DNA of 64,000 bases, from contig NC_042998.1 in NCBI RefSeq assembly GCF_006345805.1, forward strand, positions 47,864,001 to 47,928,000, given 5' to 3'. Shown in pieces: positions 1 through 11,905 of this stretch. The stretch comes from Octopus sinensis (Eukaryota). The first letter of the stretch is position 1, and each line of letters opens with the position of its first letter. The notes below the pieces were generated by a model, which searched no databases, was not told where the DNA came from, and saw nothing but the letters and a program-made list of their open reading frames with translations. The position numbers were made by a program, and so were the translations under genes.

Positions 1-32
1 CATATATATATATTAAGGTTAGATAAAGCCTG

Positions 33-103
33 TTTATGGGATTACCTTAGGTTTCACGTCCATGATGGGTTTAGCTTATGGCGTATCATCAGATCCCAAA
101 ACC
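33..103 (-). ncRNA. Type I hammerhead ribozyme motif, core intact
   Basis: Minus strand reads GUUU-U-UGGGAU / CUGAUGA (92-86) / U / stem II ACGCCAU...AUGG(A)CGU / GAAA (55-52) / stem III CC-UAA-GG / UA cleavage (GUA, after nt 43) / AUCCCA-U-AAAC. Stem I is 6 perfect bp plus 4 more after a U-U mismatch. Confidence 0.8.
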
Positions 104-141
104 TGTTTGCTTAAGTTCTCTACGCCATAAAGCTAACCTAT

Positions 142-330
142 TCAAGGACAGACAAACGGATTAAGTCGATTACGTCGACCCCAGTGCGTAACTGGTACTT
201 ATTTAATCGACCCCGAAAGGATGAAAGGCAAAGTCGACCTCGGCGGAATTTGAACTCAGAACGTAACGGCAGACGAAATACGGCTACGCATTTCGCCCGG
301 CGTGCTAACGTTTCTACCAGCTCGCCGCCT
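142..330 (-). mobile_element. SINE family A (tRNA-like head, central GTCGACTTTGCCTTTCATCCTTTCGGGGTCGAT domain), tail-truncated
   Basis: Matches the family A consensus seen at more than 15 loci here. The central block resembles, from memory, the Meta/Sauria-type SINE domain. Confidence 0.85.
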
Positions 331-344
331 TTTGTGAGCTATAT

Positions 345-735
345 ATGTATATCATCATCATCGTCATCATCAACACCATCACCACTACTACCACCACCAC
401 CACCACCACCACCACCATCAACTTCCTTATGTGTTCGTCCTAATGGCCTTCTCTTCCTTACTCAACCTAGCCTGAAGCACCTAACATTAAGTACTGCACT
501 AAGCAAGAGTGTGATTTGGCGAAGAGATTCCATTTCCTCCTCCTCCTACCACCACTTCCACCACCACCACCACCGCTACCGCTACCAACACCTTCACTGC
601 CATCTGACCTAACAAAGGGCAAAGCCACTGAGTAACTAAAATTCAGATGGCCTAACATGTTGTCTACATTCCACACAAGCTCAGAATGCCAGAGAACAAG
701 AGCAATGGTTTCAGTCACTAACTAACTGCCATGTA
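345..735 (-). mobile_element. Very decayed RTE-like LINE 3' end with (GAT)n/(GGT)n tail
   Basis: Minus frames give IALVLWHSELVW and VRKRRPLGRTHK, loosely like RTE LLYGSETW and GxRRRGRPxKRW. A (GAT)n tail lies downstream. Confidence 0.3.
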
Positions 736-1162
736 CTACCATCCACTTCTCTCTCTCTCTTTCTCTCTCTCTCTCTTCCTCCCCCCTCTCTCTCTGTCTA
801 ATTCTTGTTCTCACTCACTCACGTACACATACATACACTTTGTAAAACAATAAGGCAACTGTTGTGGATTTGATCATTATAGTTGTTACTGTTGCTTTTA
901 TCTGTTTATTTGAAAGATCTTATTTATATAATCCTTCTCATTCTTCTATTTCCCTCTTTCTCGACTCCTCTTGCACTACCCCCCTCTCTCTCTCTGTCTC
1001 TGTCTCTTTATCAGTCTCTCAGCTTCTTGTTCATGTTCTATGGCTGTTTAATAAATTACACCTAAACTGTGTAATCGCGGACCTACACTTATACAAACAT
1101 AATACTGTATACACGCATACTTATAACAAACTGAAACACACACAAATATCGTTATATATATA

Positions 1163-1558
1163 TGTTTCCTTATTACCGACAAGGGGCTAAACAAGGACAG
1201 ACAAACGGATTAAGTCGATTACATCGACCCTAGTGCGTAAATGGTACTTAATTTATCGACCCCGAAAGAATAAAAGGCAAAGTCGACCTCGGCGGAATTT
1301 GAACTCAGAACGTAGCAACGGGCGAAATACCTGTTTCTTTATTACCTACAAGGGGCTAAACATAGAGGGAACTAACAAGGACAGACATAGGTATTAAGTC
1401 GATTACATCGACCCCAGTGCGTAACTGGTACTTAATTTATCGACCCCGAAAGGATGAAAAGCAAAGTCAACCTCGGCGGAATTTGAACTCAGAACGTAGC
1501 AATGGGCGAAATACCGCGAAGCACTTCACCCGGCGTGCTAATGTCTCTGCCAGCTCGG
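1163..1558 (-). mobile_element. SINE family A partial dimer
   Basis: A full unit plus a head-less second unit, joined at AAAGAAACAGGTATTTCG (about 1324-1342). Confidence 0.85.
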
Positions 1559-1560
1559 CA

Positions 1561-1950
1561 CAGGAGTGGCTGTGTGGTAAGTAGCTTGCTGACCAACCGC
1601 ATGGTTCCGGGTTCTCATTCCACTGCGGGACGCCTTGGTCAAGTGTCTTCTACTATAGCCCCGAGTCGACCAAAGCCTTGTGAAGGGATTTGGTAGACGG
1701 AATCTGAAAGAAGCCTGTCGTATACATATACATGTGTGTGTGTGTCTGTTCCCCCACCATCACTTGACAACCGATGTTGGCGTGTTTACGACCCCCGTAA
1801 CTTAGGGGTTCGGCAAAAGAATGAAGTCCGATAGAATAAAGTACAAGGCTTACGAAAAATAAGTCCCGGGGTCGATTTGTTCGATTAAAGGGCGATGCGC
1901 CAGCGCAATCGCAGTCAAATGACTGAAACAAGTAAAAGGTTAAAAGAATA
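1561..1950 (+). mobile_element. SINE family B (CAGGAGTGGCTGTGTGGTAAG head, CORE-like ACCTTGGGCAAGTGTCTT block, internal TA/TG tract, GACTGAAACAAGTAAAAG tail)
   Basis: Matches the family consensus seen at about 20 loci. It abuts a family A copy head-to-head. Confidence 0.85.
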
Positions 1951-1965
1951 TACATACACATATAT

Positions 1966-1983
1966 ACACACACACATGTATAT

Positions 1984-2026
<43 letters not shown>

Positions 2027-2211
2027 TGTGTATATATATATATATATATATACACCTATATATATACATATATACACGCATATACATACGTATATATACA
2101 CACATATACATATATATATATATATATATACATAGATACATACATATATACACGCATACATATACAAATACACATGTATATATGCATATATATCTATATA
2201 TACATATGTAA

Positions 2212-2258
<47 letters not shown>

Positions 2259-2270
2259 GGTATATATATA
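1966..2270. repeat. Compound (TA)n/(TACA)n microsatellite
   Basis: Direct inspection; source of the YI-repeat ORFs. Confidence 0.95.
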
Positions 2271-2525
2271 TACCCTCGGTAACTGCATGTAAAAGTTTCG
2301 CACATGTATGTGTGAGTGTGCGCGTGTGTGTAGTACAACAGTTGAGAATATTCTTTTATAGATAGATACATCTGATATACAGATAAAAATATAGTTATAT
2401 GTGTATATACACACATGCATACACTTATATATCATCATCATTTTAGTTGTCCTACGTCCACACCAGCCTTAACAGGGATTTGATGGTTGAATAATGCTAT
2501 GCGAAACCTCCAACCTCATTTGCAC

Positions 2526-2743
2526 CGTTAGCACGCCGGGCGAAATGCTTAGCAGTATTTCATCTGCCGCTACGTTCTGAGTTCAAATTCCGCCGAGGTC
2601 GACTTTGCCTTTCATCCTTTCGGGGTCGATTATATAAGTACCAGTTACGCACTGGGGTCGATATAATTGACTTAATACCTATGTCTGTCCTTGTTTGTCC
2701 CCTCTATGTTTAGCCCCTTGAGGGTAATAAAGAAATAGGTATT
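2526..2743 (+). mobile_element. SINE family A
   Basis: Consensus match ending in GAAATAGGTATT. Confidence 0.85.
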
Positions 2744-2838
2744 AACGACGGGCATCCATTATAATATCTCTCGCTTGTCTTCTGTCGTCCTCTTTTTCAC
2801 CAGCACATAGTCATTATCCTCATCTCCATATAGTTATT

Positions 2839-3600
2839 GCTATGTGGTACTTCAGTACTTATGAGTTTGATCAAAAGAACTCTTCATCAGATCCACATAG
2901 CGCTTCTTCAACTCGCCAATTGAACTTCAGTCAATTATAGTATAACTAGCTGTATGTCACTCTGCAGAGAAGCCAAAATTGGGGGCATACATATCACATG
3001 TTCCAGCTACTGCAGCTAGTAACGAGTGAATATATCTTCAAAACTTTCGCAGATGGTCTTTGCGAGTATTTCAATATATGACAAAGGTTCTTCCTATGAA
3101 GCAACAGTCCAATCAATCACCCTAAGGCCAAAAAACACCAAGAATAGTTTGATAGGAACTCATATTATTCACAACTTGCTTAAGAACATGTACAAGGAAC
3201 ATCGAGCAAAATTATGCTGCCCTTCGTCCGTCGATTCAAAAGCGATGTCAAGTGACTCGGAAGAGGGTGCAAAAATGAATATGGGGCATGCAGAATGAGT
3301 TATGGACGAAAAACTTACATGAAACCCCTCACTGACCAAAATAACACACATTGGTTTTATGAGTACTGCCGTAACCGGCCCAGTAAAATGCTGTGTGACT
3401 CCTTTAAAAACAGCAGATAGCCAAACATTTCTGAAGGATCCGTGCAATTTTCGGCATGGTCTGAACATTCTGAACCGTATGTAACCAGTACATTGGCACA
3501 GATATTATTATCTTTGAGGAACTCCCACGATCTCTGACCCCCTTGTGATATTCCAAAATGTTTTCGACTGACTTTTCTCTTACTGACAAGTCACCTAACG
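2839..3600 (-). mobile_element. Decayed Penelope-like element 3' part (linker plus GIY-YIG C-terminus) followed by a hammerhead relic
   Basis: Frameshifted minus peptides GVSCKF, FLHPLPSHLTSLLNRRTKGSIILLDVPCTC, VIDWTVAS, KTICESFE and MPPILASL parallel the PLE order GVSEKI / FKPxxxLxSLLxRxK / GVVYxIPCxC / IDW / RKIxExIEI / LPPIY. A CUGAUGA hammerhead relic follows at 2839-2901. Confidence 0.5.
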
Positions 3601-3717
3601 TTGACTACACACGCATTCATTTGCGCATATATATTTATATACATATTTACCCTCTCTCTCTCACACACACACACACACTTATATGTAAATGTATGCATGT
3701 ATATATGCGTATATATA

Positions 3718-3950
3718 TGTTTCTTTACTACCCACAAGGGGCTAAACATAGAGGGGACAAACAAGGACAGACAAGCGGATTAAGTCGATTACATCGACCC
3801 CAGTGCGTAACTGGTACTTAATTTATCGACCCCGAAAGGATGAAAGGCAAAGTCGACCTAGGCGGAATTTGAACTCAGAACGTAGCGACGGGCGAAATAC
3901 CGCGAAACACTTCGCCCGGCGTGCTAACGTCTCTGCCAGCTCGCCGCCTT
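3718..3950 (-). mobile_element. SINE family A, near full length
   Basis: Consensus match. Confidence 0.88.
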
Positions 3951-4384
3951 GTAATATGCGTATATATAATATACCCACCCCGCACGCACACATACATACA
4001 TAACTATATGTAATATGCACACATTATGGACAGGCAGATCGATCGATACAAGTGTGTATGTCTGCAGTTAAGGAGAAAAATATTGCACGAAGTCTCAAGC
4101 ATCACAAATACTTTTTTTTCTTTTTCGTTTCATGTTAACGGGAGGAAACCAGGGGAAGCAGTAAGTGAGAAAGGAATCCACAAAATATGAAGAAACCTGC
4201 AGGGTACCCCGTGTTTTAAGGCACCGGCAGCCTAACAGCATAAACAGTCGTAAACCGAAGTCACAGACTGCTGGGATCTTCATGGATACAGGCGTACATA
4301 CATAAGATATGTTACCTTGGTAACATGATTAATATTCAATGTACGACTAGTTAAGATGTCTAGGCTAAGGGTACTGGGTATATA

Positions 4385-4806
4385 AGGCGGTGAGCTGGCG
4401 GAATCGTTAGCACGCCGGGCGAAATGCTTAGCGGTATTTCGTCTGCCGTTACGTTCTGGGTTCAAATTCCGCCGAGGTCGACTTTGCCTTTCATCCTTTT
4501 GGGGTCGATAAATTAAGTACCAGTTACGCACTGGGGTCGATGTAATCGACTTAATCCTCTTGTCTGTCCTTGTTTGTCCCCTCTGTGTTTAGCCCCTTGT
4601 GGGTAGTAAAGAAATAGGTATTTCGTCTGCTGTTACGTTCTGAGTTCAAATTCCGCCGAGGTCGACTTTGCCTTTCATCCTTTTGGGGTCGATAAATTAA
4701 GTACCAGTTACGCACTGGGGTCGATGTAATCGACTTAATCTGTTTGTCTGTCCTTGTTTGTCCTCTCTGTGTTTAGCCCTTTGTGGGTAGTAAAGAAATA
4801 GGTATT
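4385..4806 (+). mobile_element. SINE family A partial dimer
   Basis: Junction AAAGAAATAGGTATTTCGTCTGC at about 4608-4630. Confidence 0.88.
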
Positions 4807-5180
4807 GGGTGTATGTCGAAGAATGATAAGAAGAAGAAAGTTTACAGAAGTTTATGGAATTTTACTGCTTCGTTTAACAATGAAATGTCTTACTGCTTTG
4901 AAAAGCAAAGCACATACTATGTAAGACATGTATGCGCACCTGGTTCTTTGATGCTATATTATAAGGCAATCTATGCTTGCACGGAGAAAAATGCATCGGT
5001 AACACTCTGTCAATGTGAGTGTATACATACGTACATAAATACATACAGACTGCGCGTGGGCGTGTCCACATATTTTGTAATTATGATTATTTTTCGAGGT
5101 TTCGAAGTGAGTCCGATTTTCTTTAGACTAGTTACTATGTATTCTGTTCTGTCTTTATGAGTCATATTGCTACATATATG

Positions 5181-5214
<34 letters not shown>

Positions 5215-5574
5215 ATACACACACGTGCGCGCACAAACACATACGATTTCTTAATTTGCAGCCTACTTTTGGTCTTGCAATGGTTCAGACAAATTCATAG
5301 AAAAATATTGATCTCAGTGAAGTGTTTCATGCTTAAATATGAATTCATATTTTACATATGTGTGAACTCACACATATTGAACCATAGACATGCAAACGTA
5401 TTATCTCCGATATAAAAATTTAATAAAACGTTATTGATGTTTAAAGAAGCAATACAATTGTTAATAATAAAAAAAAATATTGACAGAATTAGGCGTGGGA
5501 TAGAAGTTAATGCCATAGGGAATTGAAACCTGGTCAAGGTATTTATCAAAAGAATTGAAACTATTGAACCTTTA

Positions 5575-6125
5575 TTTTTCATTTATTTTAGTCATTGGAC
5601 TGCTGGAACACCAGCTTGAAGGCTTTAATCAAACAAATCGACCCCAGTACTACTTTATTTATTTATATATAAGTCTTATTGAAACGTTAACGCAGAAACG
5701 TTAACGCGCCGGGCGAAATGCTTTGTGGTATTTCGTCTGCCGCTACGTTCTGAGTTCAAATTCCGCCGAGGTCGACTTTGCCTTTCATCCTTTCGGGGTC
5801 GATAAATTAAGTACCAGTTACGCAGTGGGGTCGATGTAATCGACTTAATCCTCTTGTCTGTCCCCTCTATGTGTAGCCCGTTGTGGGCATTAAAGAAATA
5901 TATATAAGTCTTATTTATTGTATCAGAGTTTTTCTTTTCTTTGTTGAACCGCTAAATTACAGGGACGTTAACAAATCAACACCAGCTGTCCAGTCATGGT
6001 TGGGGAAAAGACACAAACAAAAAGACACACATACACATACAAGGCGGGCTTCATTCAGTTTCCACCTGCCAAATCCACTCACAAAGCTTTGGTTAACCCG
6101 GAGCTATAGTAGATGACACTCGCTC
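5575..6125 (-). mobile_element. SINE family B interrupted by a family A insertion (5681-5900, plus strand)
   Basis: 15-bp target-site duplication TATATAAGTCTTATT at 5666-5680 and 5901-5915. Confidence 0.8.
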
Positions 6126-6187
6126 ACGGTAGTCCACGATATGAATATTTGGCAGTTACTTTTAACAGGTCAAGTAACTGTGCAGAG

Positions 6188-6334
6188 CAAGGCTTGGGCA
6201 ACCTTTTTCAAAAAGTGAGCTGCGCGAAACACGGTTCATCATCAGGTAAACCACACAACGAAAAAGATTCATTCTAAGTTTTCGTTAGGCATGCCACTCA
6301 AAAAGTCTCGCGGGCCGCAGTTTACTCACGACTG
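6188..6334. mobile_element. hAT-type MITE remnant
   Basis: Ends CAAGGCTTGGGCAACC and GCGGGCCGCAGTTTACTCACGACTG resemble hAT/Charlie termini; no TSD visible. Confidence 0.45.
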
Positions 6335-7327
6335 GTGTTTTCTCGATGACTGTCGCTGTTGTTTTCATTTCAAAGTCAGGCTTAAACATTAGAAATACCA
6401 TGTACTGACCTAGTATATCAAGTCTGCAATATTCTATTTGATATTTCAAATTCCTCGGGAGGTATGTTTAACATTCAGTGAAAGTAATTTTAGTGTGTGA
6501 AGTGCAGTGAAGCAACTAGAGCACGTCCTATCATCTTGTTGGTTTTTCAGGCTTTATCGACATTAGATCTTAAAAAATGTAAGGGCTAAAAAATAAGAAA
6601 TCAATAGATACAAAGTGTGATTTTGTTAGGTTTAGTTTGTCAAATGCATCTGTGAAGCTGTGCAGCCTAGTGCTTCGGCTGTTGCACTCACGGTCGCAAG
6701 ATCTTGGTTTGGATTCGCGGACCGAGTGGTGCACGTGTGTGTGTGACATCTCTCCACCACAGCTTGACGCCGATTTTGATGTGTTTGCGCCTCCGTAACT
6801 TAGCGGTACTGCAAAAGTGGCCAATACAATTGTACCAGGGCTTTAAAAAAATATACTGAGGATCAATTCATTCGATTCCCGGACCAGGTGTTCTTGAGCA
6901 AAACACTTCATTTCACTTTGCTTAGTCCACTCAGCTTTAAATTACTAACCCTACGACGGAGAAATGGTTTGATCTCGGTCATTTACGCGCCATGGAAACC
7001 TGGTAACCGATTCTATGAGTCCTTGGATACGAGACATTAATGTCTAGGGAAGTGATTTTCAACGTGGGGCATAGGCCCCCTGATGAAGACTGGGAAAATT
7101 GTGGTGGGGATTGGTGCCATAGTCGCCAGGCACAAGGTTCTCATTACAAGTGATTCCTTATTTTTTTCATAGACAATAATGTACTTTTTTTGAGTCGTGG
7201 CTGAACCACATGGTTACTGGTTCAGTCCCACTGCGTGATACTTTGGGTAGATGTCTTTTACTCTAGACTCGAGCCGACCAAAGCCTTATGAGTGGATTTG
7301 GTAGACGGAAACTGAAAGAAGCCCGTC

Positions 7328-7405
<78 letters not shown>

Positions 7406-7419
7406 TGTGTGTGTGTGTG

Positions 7420-7452
<33 letters not shown>

Positions 7453-7679
7453 GAGAAAGAGTGAGAGAGAGGTGGAGAGACTGTAGACTTACGGATTGGT
7501 GTTTTTTGTAAACGCACATTTTGAGCTTTTCTGTTTAGATATGTGCATAAAACTCGTTCTCAACACGGAACCTTCATTAATTAACGTGTGTGTGTGTGTG
7601 TGTGTGTTTCGTTCAGGTATATTAGCAAAGGAATATAATAAGCATTGGCGATAAATTGTAAAATCCAGTTGACAATCCC

Positions 7680-7732
7680 TCATCTGTCATATCGTCCGTA
7701 ATACGGTGAACCAGCGGCTTGCCCATTGAAAC
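7680..7732 (-). CDS. Candidate terminal coding exon, (G)FNGQAAGSPYYGRYDR*
   Basis: GC-richer unique island with minus-strand acceptor TTTGCTTATAG|G, a phase-1 open frame and TGA at 7682-7680. No partner exon or protein family was identified. Confidence 0.25.
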
Positions 7733-8334
7733 CTATAAGCAAATGCGCAATTGTTCACAAAACTACGTTGTAAATAAGAATTTAAAGTATTTATTTTAGA
7801 ATATTTGAAACATACGTAGTTTAAATCTAGTCAGTAGATTAAAAATAGTTTCAGGAAGAAAGTCAATTGTAACTACGTTTTAAATTGAACTGTTCTGAAG
7901 CTTGAACAGTTGAAAGGCGAACACTATACTAAAGAAATATAGGTGACTGTATTGTATACTTATAAACAGGAAGTTACCTTGGTTAGTTTTTATGATCTTA
8001 TCATACTGCTCACAGAAGGCAGTAAAAAAATATGGACTATAGCTATAGGGTTGACCAAAAGTTACCTGACAGTAAATCAAAACCCATTTAATTCCAAGAT
8101 TTATTTATGTTTAGCAGCTGAATGCGTTTAATAAAAGCATCTAAATATGAAACATCATGAAAATTACCCGAACTGAAGTATTTGAGCGGCACATTTTTCC
8201 ATTCGAGTCAATACAGAATTACGGATAAGTACTTATGGAATTTTGATTTACTGTCGGGTAACATTTGACTAACCTTTTACACAGACATATACATATACAC
8301 TAACATGCATATGTACCTATCTATACACACACAC

Positions 8335-8530
8335 ACACGACGAGCTTCTTTTCAGTTTCCGCCTACCAAATCCATTTACAAGGCTTTGGTCGGCCCGAGA
8401 AGACACTTGCCAAACGTGTCGCGCAGTGGGACTGAACCTGGAAGCAATTGGTTGACCCGATGTGCAAGTAGGAAACGCGTATGCAGGGTGCCATGCAGGG
8501 GGTATTGAACTCGAAACCATATGACTGCAA
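8335..8530 (-). mobile_element. SINE family B 5' half, decayed
   Basis: Partial consensus match. Confidence 0.7.
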
Positions 8531-9192
8531 AGCGAGTTTCGAATGAAGCAACTACGTTTGCTTCGTTATTGTTAAAATACTCACTTAGGAGCAAGCAAGG
8601 GTCAATTAAATCCATTTGACTTTTCCCTTTAAAAACTTTTACCTTGTAACACTATGAAATAATCAATCGATAAAGTTGTGAGAGTGACGGACAAATTGTT
8701 TTGCAGTGTTTGTTCCGGCTCTTCAAATTCTGCCGCTGTTGATTTTGTCTTTTATCTTTCCCGGGTAGATAAAATAAAGTACCACTCCAATACTAGTGTT
8801 GATATAAATCGACATTTCTCAGATTTGAAGCCCAAGGCCATCAATGCAGAAGAAAAGTACACTGTTATCTTTGCTGTCCTTCACAGAGTCGTGTCATGAT
8901 GGTTTCTAATGACTCAGAGTACACGCATTCAAACCCTAAATTTTCTGATGATTCCAAGGTGAATGGAATGGTGAACCCCTCAAAGTACACCTATCAGACA
9001 GTCTTTCAAACGTGCGATTTGCAACCGCGTAGTTTTTGAGTTTAGTGTCACTGCGCGGCTCCTTGGGCGGGTGTCTTCTGCTATGAACCCGAACTGATCA
9101 AAACCTAGTGAGTGAATTTGGAGGACTGAAATGTGTGAAAGCCCTTCATATATGTGTTCGTACGTTTATGTGCGTGTGCGTGTGTGTGTATC

Positions 9193-9457
9193 TGAACTCA
9201 GAACGTGAAGACAGACGAGATATCTATTTCTTTGCTACCCACAAGGGGCTAAACATAGAGGGGACAAACAAGGACAGACAAACGGATTAAGTCGATTATA
9301 TCGACCCCAGTGCGTAACTGGAACTTAATTTATCAACCCCGAAAGGATGTAAGGCAAAGTCGACCTCGGCGGAATTTGAACTCAGAACGTAACAGCAGAC
9401 GAAATACGGCTACGCATTTCACCCGGCGTGCTAACGTTTCTGCCAGCTCATCGCCTT
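9193..9457 (-). mobile_element. SINE family A with the start of a second unit
   Basis: Consensus match; junction AAAGAAATAGATATCTCGTC at about 9215-9235. Confidence 0.85.
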
Positions 9458-10309
9458 GTTGTTGTTGTTGATGTTGATGATGATGAATAAATGAATAAGA
9501 TAAAATAAAGTAAACGGGGGGGCATGGGGTTGGAACGCCTTTGATGATAGGTCTTATTGAAGAGAGTAGACGTGTGGCTATACAGCAGCTACAAGTAAAC
9601 TGAGCAAGGTCTGTAAATACAGTTTCTATAACTCAATATAGTAATTTACATCGCTAACACCTTAATAACTTTAATCTCATTTTGTTTCCTATATAGCTCT
9701 CCCCATAAACATAAGGCCTTTGGAACAACAGAGAAGCGTCTAACCTGCTCGCACGGTTTACTAGAATTTTATAGGACTCAAGTCCCTATAGTATCAAACG
9801 CTAATGCCTTACAAAAATTTTAGCGGTACATTGTGTAACAGTCCTATGGTCGCTGTTTGAATGCTTTTCATTAATAAATAGGTCTTCAGGATCACGACTG
9901 AGTCGATAATGAACAATAAGCTAAAACCATTTTAAGGTTCTACCTCAATGCATTTATATGAACGTCTTTCCCACATACACCAGAGGAAGAAAGAGATTGT
10001 CGAGGAGGGAAGAGCATGCATGCGTGAGTTTCTGCTATGTCTTTTGTGTTAGTGAAGATTAAGATGTATTAGCCTTTTTTTAAAAATTTATACACAAATA
10101 CCACCAAGTATAATTGCGACTGTTAATATCTATTGAGGTGTGACAAAACGTACTTTCACATATTACTATATATATATATTATATATGTAAAAGTAAGACC
10201 CAAGGATCGAGGTGTAGGAAGTTAGTAAGCTTCAAGCAGTCTGTAGAAGGTATAAAAAAAAAATAGATTTCAGGAACACTAGAGGTTTATTGTCGTAGAA
10301 GGTTAATTC

Positions 10310-10527
10310 TTTTATTCTTTTGTTTGTTTCAGTCATTTCCCTGCGGCCATGCTGGAGCACCGCCTTTAGTCGAGCAAATCGACATCAGGACTTATTCTAT
10401 GTAAGCCTAGTACTTGTTCTATCGGTCTCTTTTTGCCGAACCGTTAAGTTACGGGGACGTAAACACACCACCATTGGCTGTCAAGCGATGGTGAGAGGAG
10501 ACAAATACAGAAACACAAACCCACACA

Positions 10528-10570
<43 letters not shown>

Positions 10571-10700
10571 TATATATATATACGCGACGGGCTTTTACAG
10601 TTTCCATCTACCGAATCCACTCACAAGGCTTTGGTCGACCCGAGGCTATAGTAGAAGACACTCGCCCAAGGTGCCACGCAGTGGGACAGTTCATGGTTGG
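10310..10700 (-). mobile_element. SINE family B
   Basis: Consensus match with an internal (TA)n tract. Confidence 0.82.
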
Positions 10701-10773
10701 CAACAAGGGTTGGGGTTGACCTATAGTTTATTTTTATATTTAGGAAAGATAGATAGATAGATAGATAGAGGGA

Positions 10774-11157
10774 GGAAGCACTCCGTCGGTTACGACGATG
10801 AGGGTTCCGGTTGATCCGAATCAACGGAACAGCCTGCCCGTGAAATTAACGTGTAAGTGGCTGAGCACTCCACAGACACGTGCACCCTTAACGTTGTTCT
10901 CGGGGATATTCAGCGTGACACAGAGAGTGACAAGGCCGGCCCCTTGAAATACAGGTACAACAGAAACAGGAAGTAAGAGTGAGAGAAAGTTGTGGTGAAA
11001 GAGTACAGCAAGGATCACCACCATCCCCTGCCGGAGCCTCGTGGAGCTTTAGGTGTTTTCGCTCAATAAACACTCACAACGCCCGGTCTGGGAATCGAAA
11101 CTGCGATCCTACGACCGCGAGTCCGCTGCCCTAACCACTGGGCCATTGCGCCTCCAC
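10774..11157 (-). mobile_element. SINE family C (GTGGAGGCGCAATGGCCCAGTGGTTAGGG tRNA-like head), full length
   Basis: Near-identical to 34485-34877, with A- and B-box-like motifs in the head. Confidence 0.88.
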
Positions 11158-11590
11158 ATCGCTATGTTAAATATCATACAACAAAAGAGCTTGATTTACT
11201 AAACCAATCTCTGCCTGTAGAGGCTGACCAGCTCCACTTAAGGAGGGGAAACAATCACAAGGTTCAACAAGTCTCCAAAACTGATTCTTGATATCATCAA
11301 TTCGTATTTTTAAAATGTTACGTAGATACAGCCATCACCTAAGCAGAGTGAATATTTTATAGATTTTCGATAATGAGATTGTAAGTTATATTTTGCGAGT
11401 GACTAACAATTATTATTGTGATTGTAAATTATTTAAAGTGAAAGTGAGAATAAAGATTACGCTTAACATAAAGACTTTTTTTTTCTCTTTTGTTTGTCTT
11501 TTACCCGTTTAGAACACGCATTCACGTAACCCTTTCTTGCCGTTTGAAAGGTTAAGGGAAAGGACAGGTTTTTCTCGGAGTCAAGAAGAC

Positions 11591-11640
11591 AGTCATGGAC
11601 ACGGGTTTCGGACTCAATAGCCTTCATCAGTGCAACAGCT
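11591..11640 (-). ncRNA. Minimal hammerhead core with poor stem I
   Basis: CUGAUGA (11630-11624), A, stem II GG-CU-auug-AG-u-CC, GAAA (11609-11606), CCCGU, GUC. Stem I has two mismatches next to the core. Confidence 0.45.
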
Positions 11641-11682
11641 GCCCGACAATGTGTGTGTGTGTGTGTGCATTTGTTGTACTAC

Positions 11683-11905
11683 CTATTTCTTTACTACCCA
11701 CAAGGGGCTAAACACAGAGGGGACAGACAAACAGATTAAGTCGATTATATCGACCCCGGTGCGTAACTGGTACTTATTTAATCGAACCCGGAAGGATGAA
11801 AGGCAAAGTTGACCTCGGCGGAATTTGAACTCAGAACGTAACGGCAGACGAAATACGGCTACGCATTTCGCCCGGCGTGCTAACGTTTCTGCCAGCTCGC
11901 CGCCT
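11683..11905 (-). mobile_element. SINE family A
   Basis: Consensus match. Confidence 0.88.

Noticed and set aside
184-612. Recurrent ORFs beginning MRNWYL...PRKDERQSRPRRNLNSER, and RASFSFRLPNPLTRLW peptides
   Set aside because: They are antisense or sense readings of SINE A and SINE B bodies, not a gene family.
2940-3420. Plus-strand RTE 3'-end reading of the decayed ORF
   Set aside because: The minus-strand Penelope reading has more ordered motifs and explains the adjacent hammerhead relic.
4095-4283. VCDFGLR resembling a kinase DFG motif
   Set aside because: No other kinase motifs or convincing splice sites surround it.
7080-7100. CTGATGA...GAAA on the plus strand
   Set aside because: No stem II, stem III or stem I. 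Similar isolated hits at 6239, 20325, 38538 and 42246 were dropped for the same reason.
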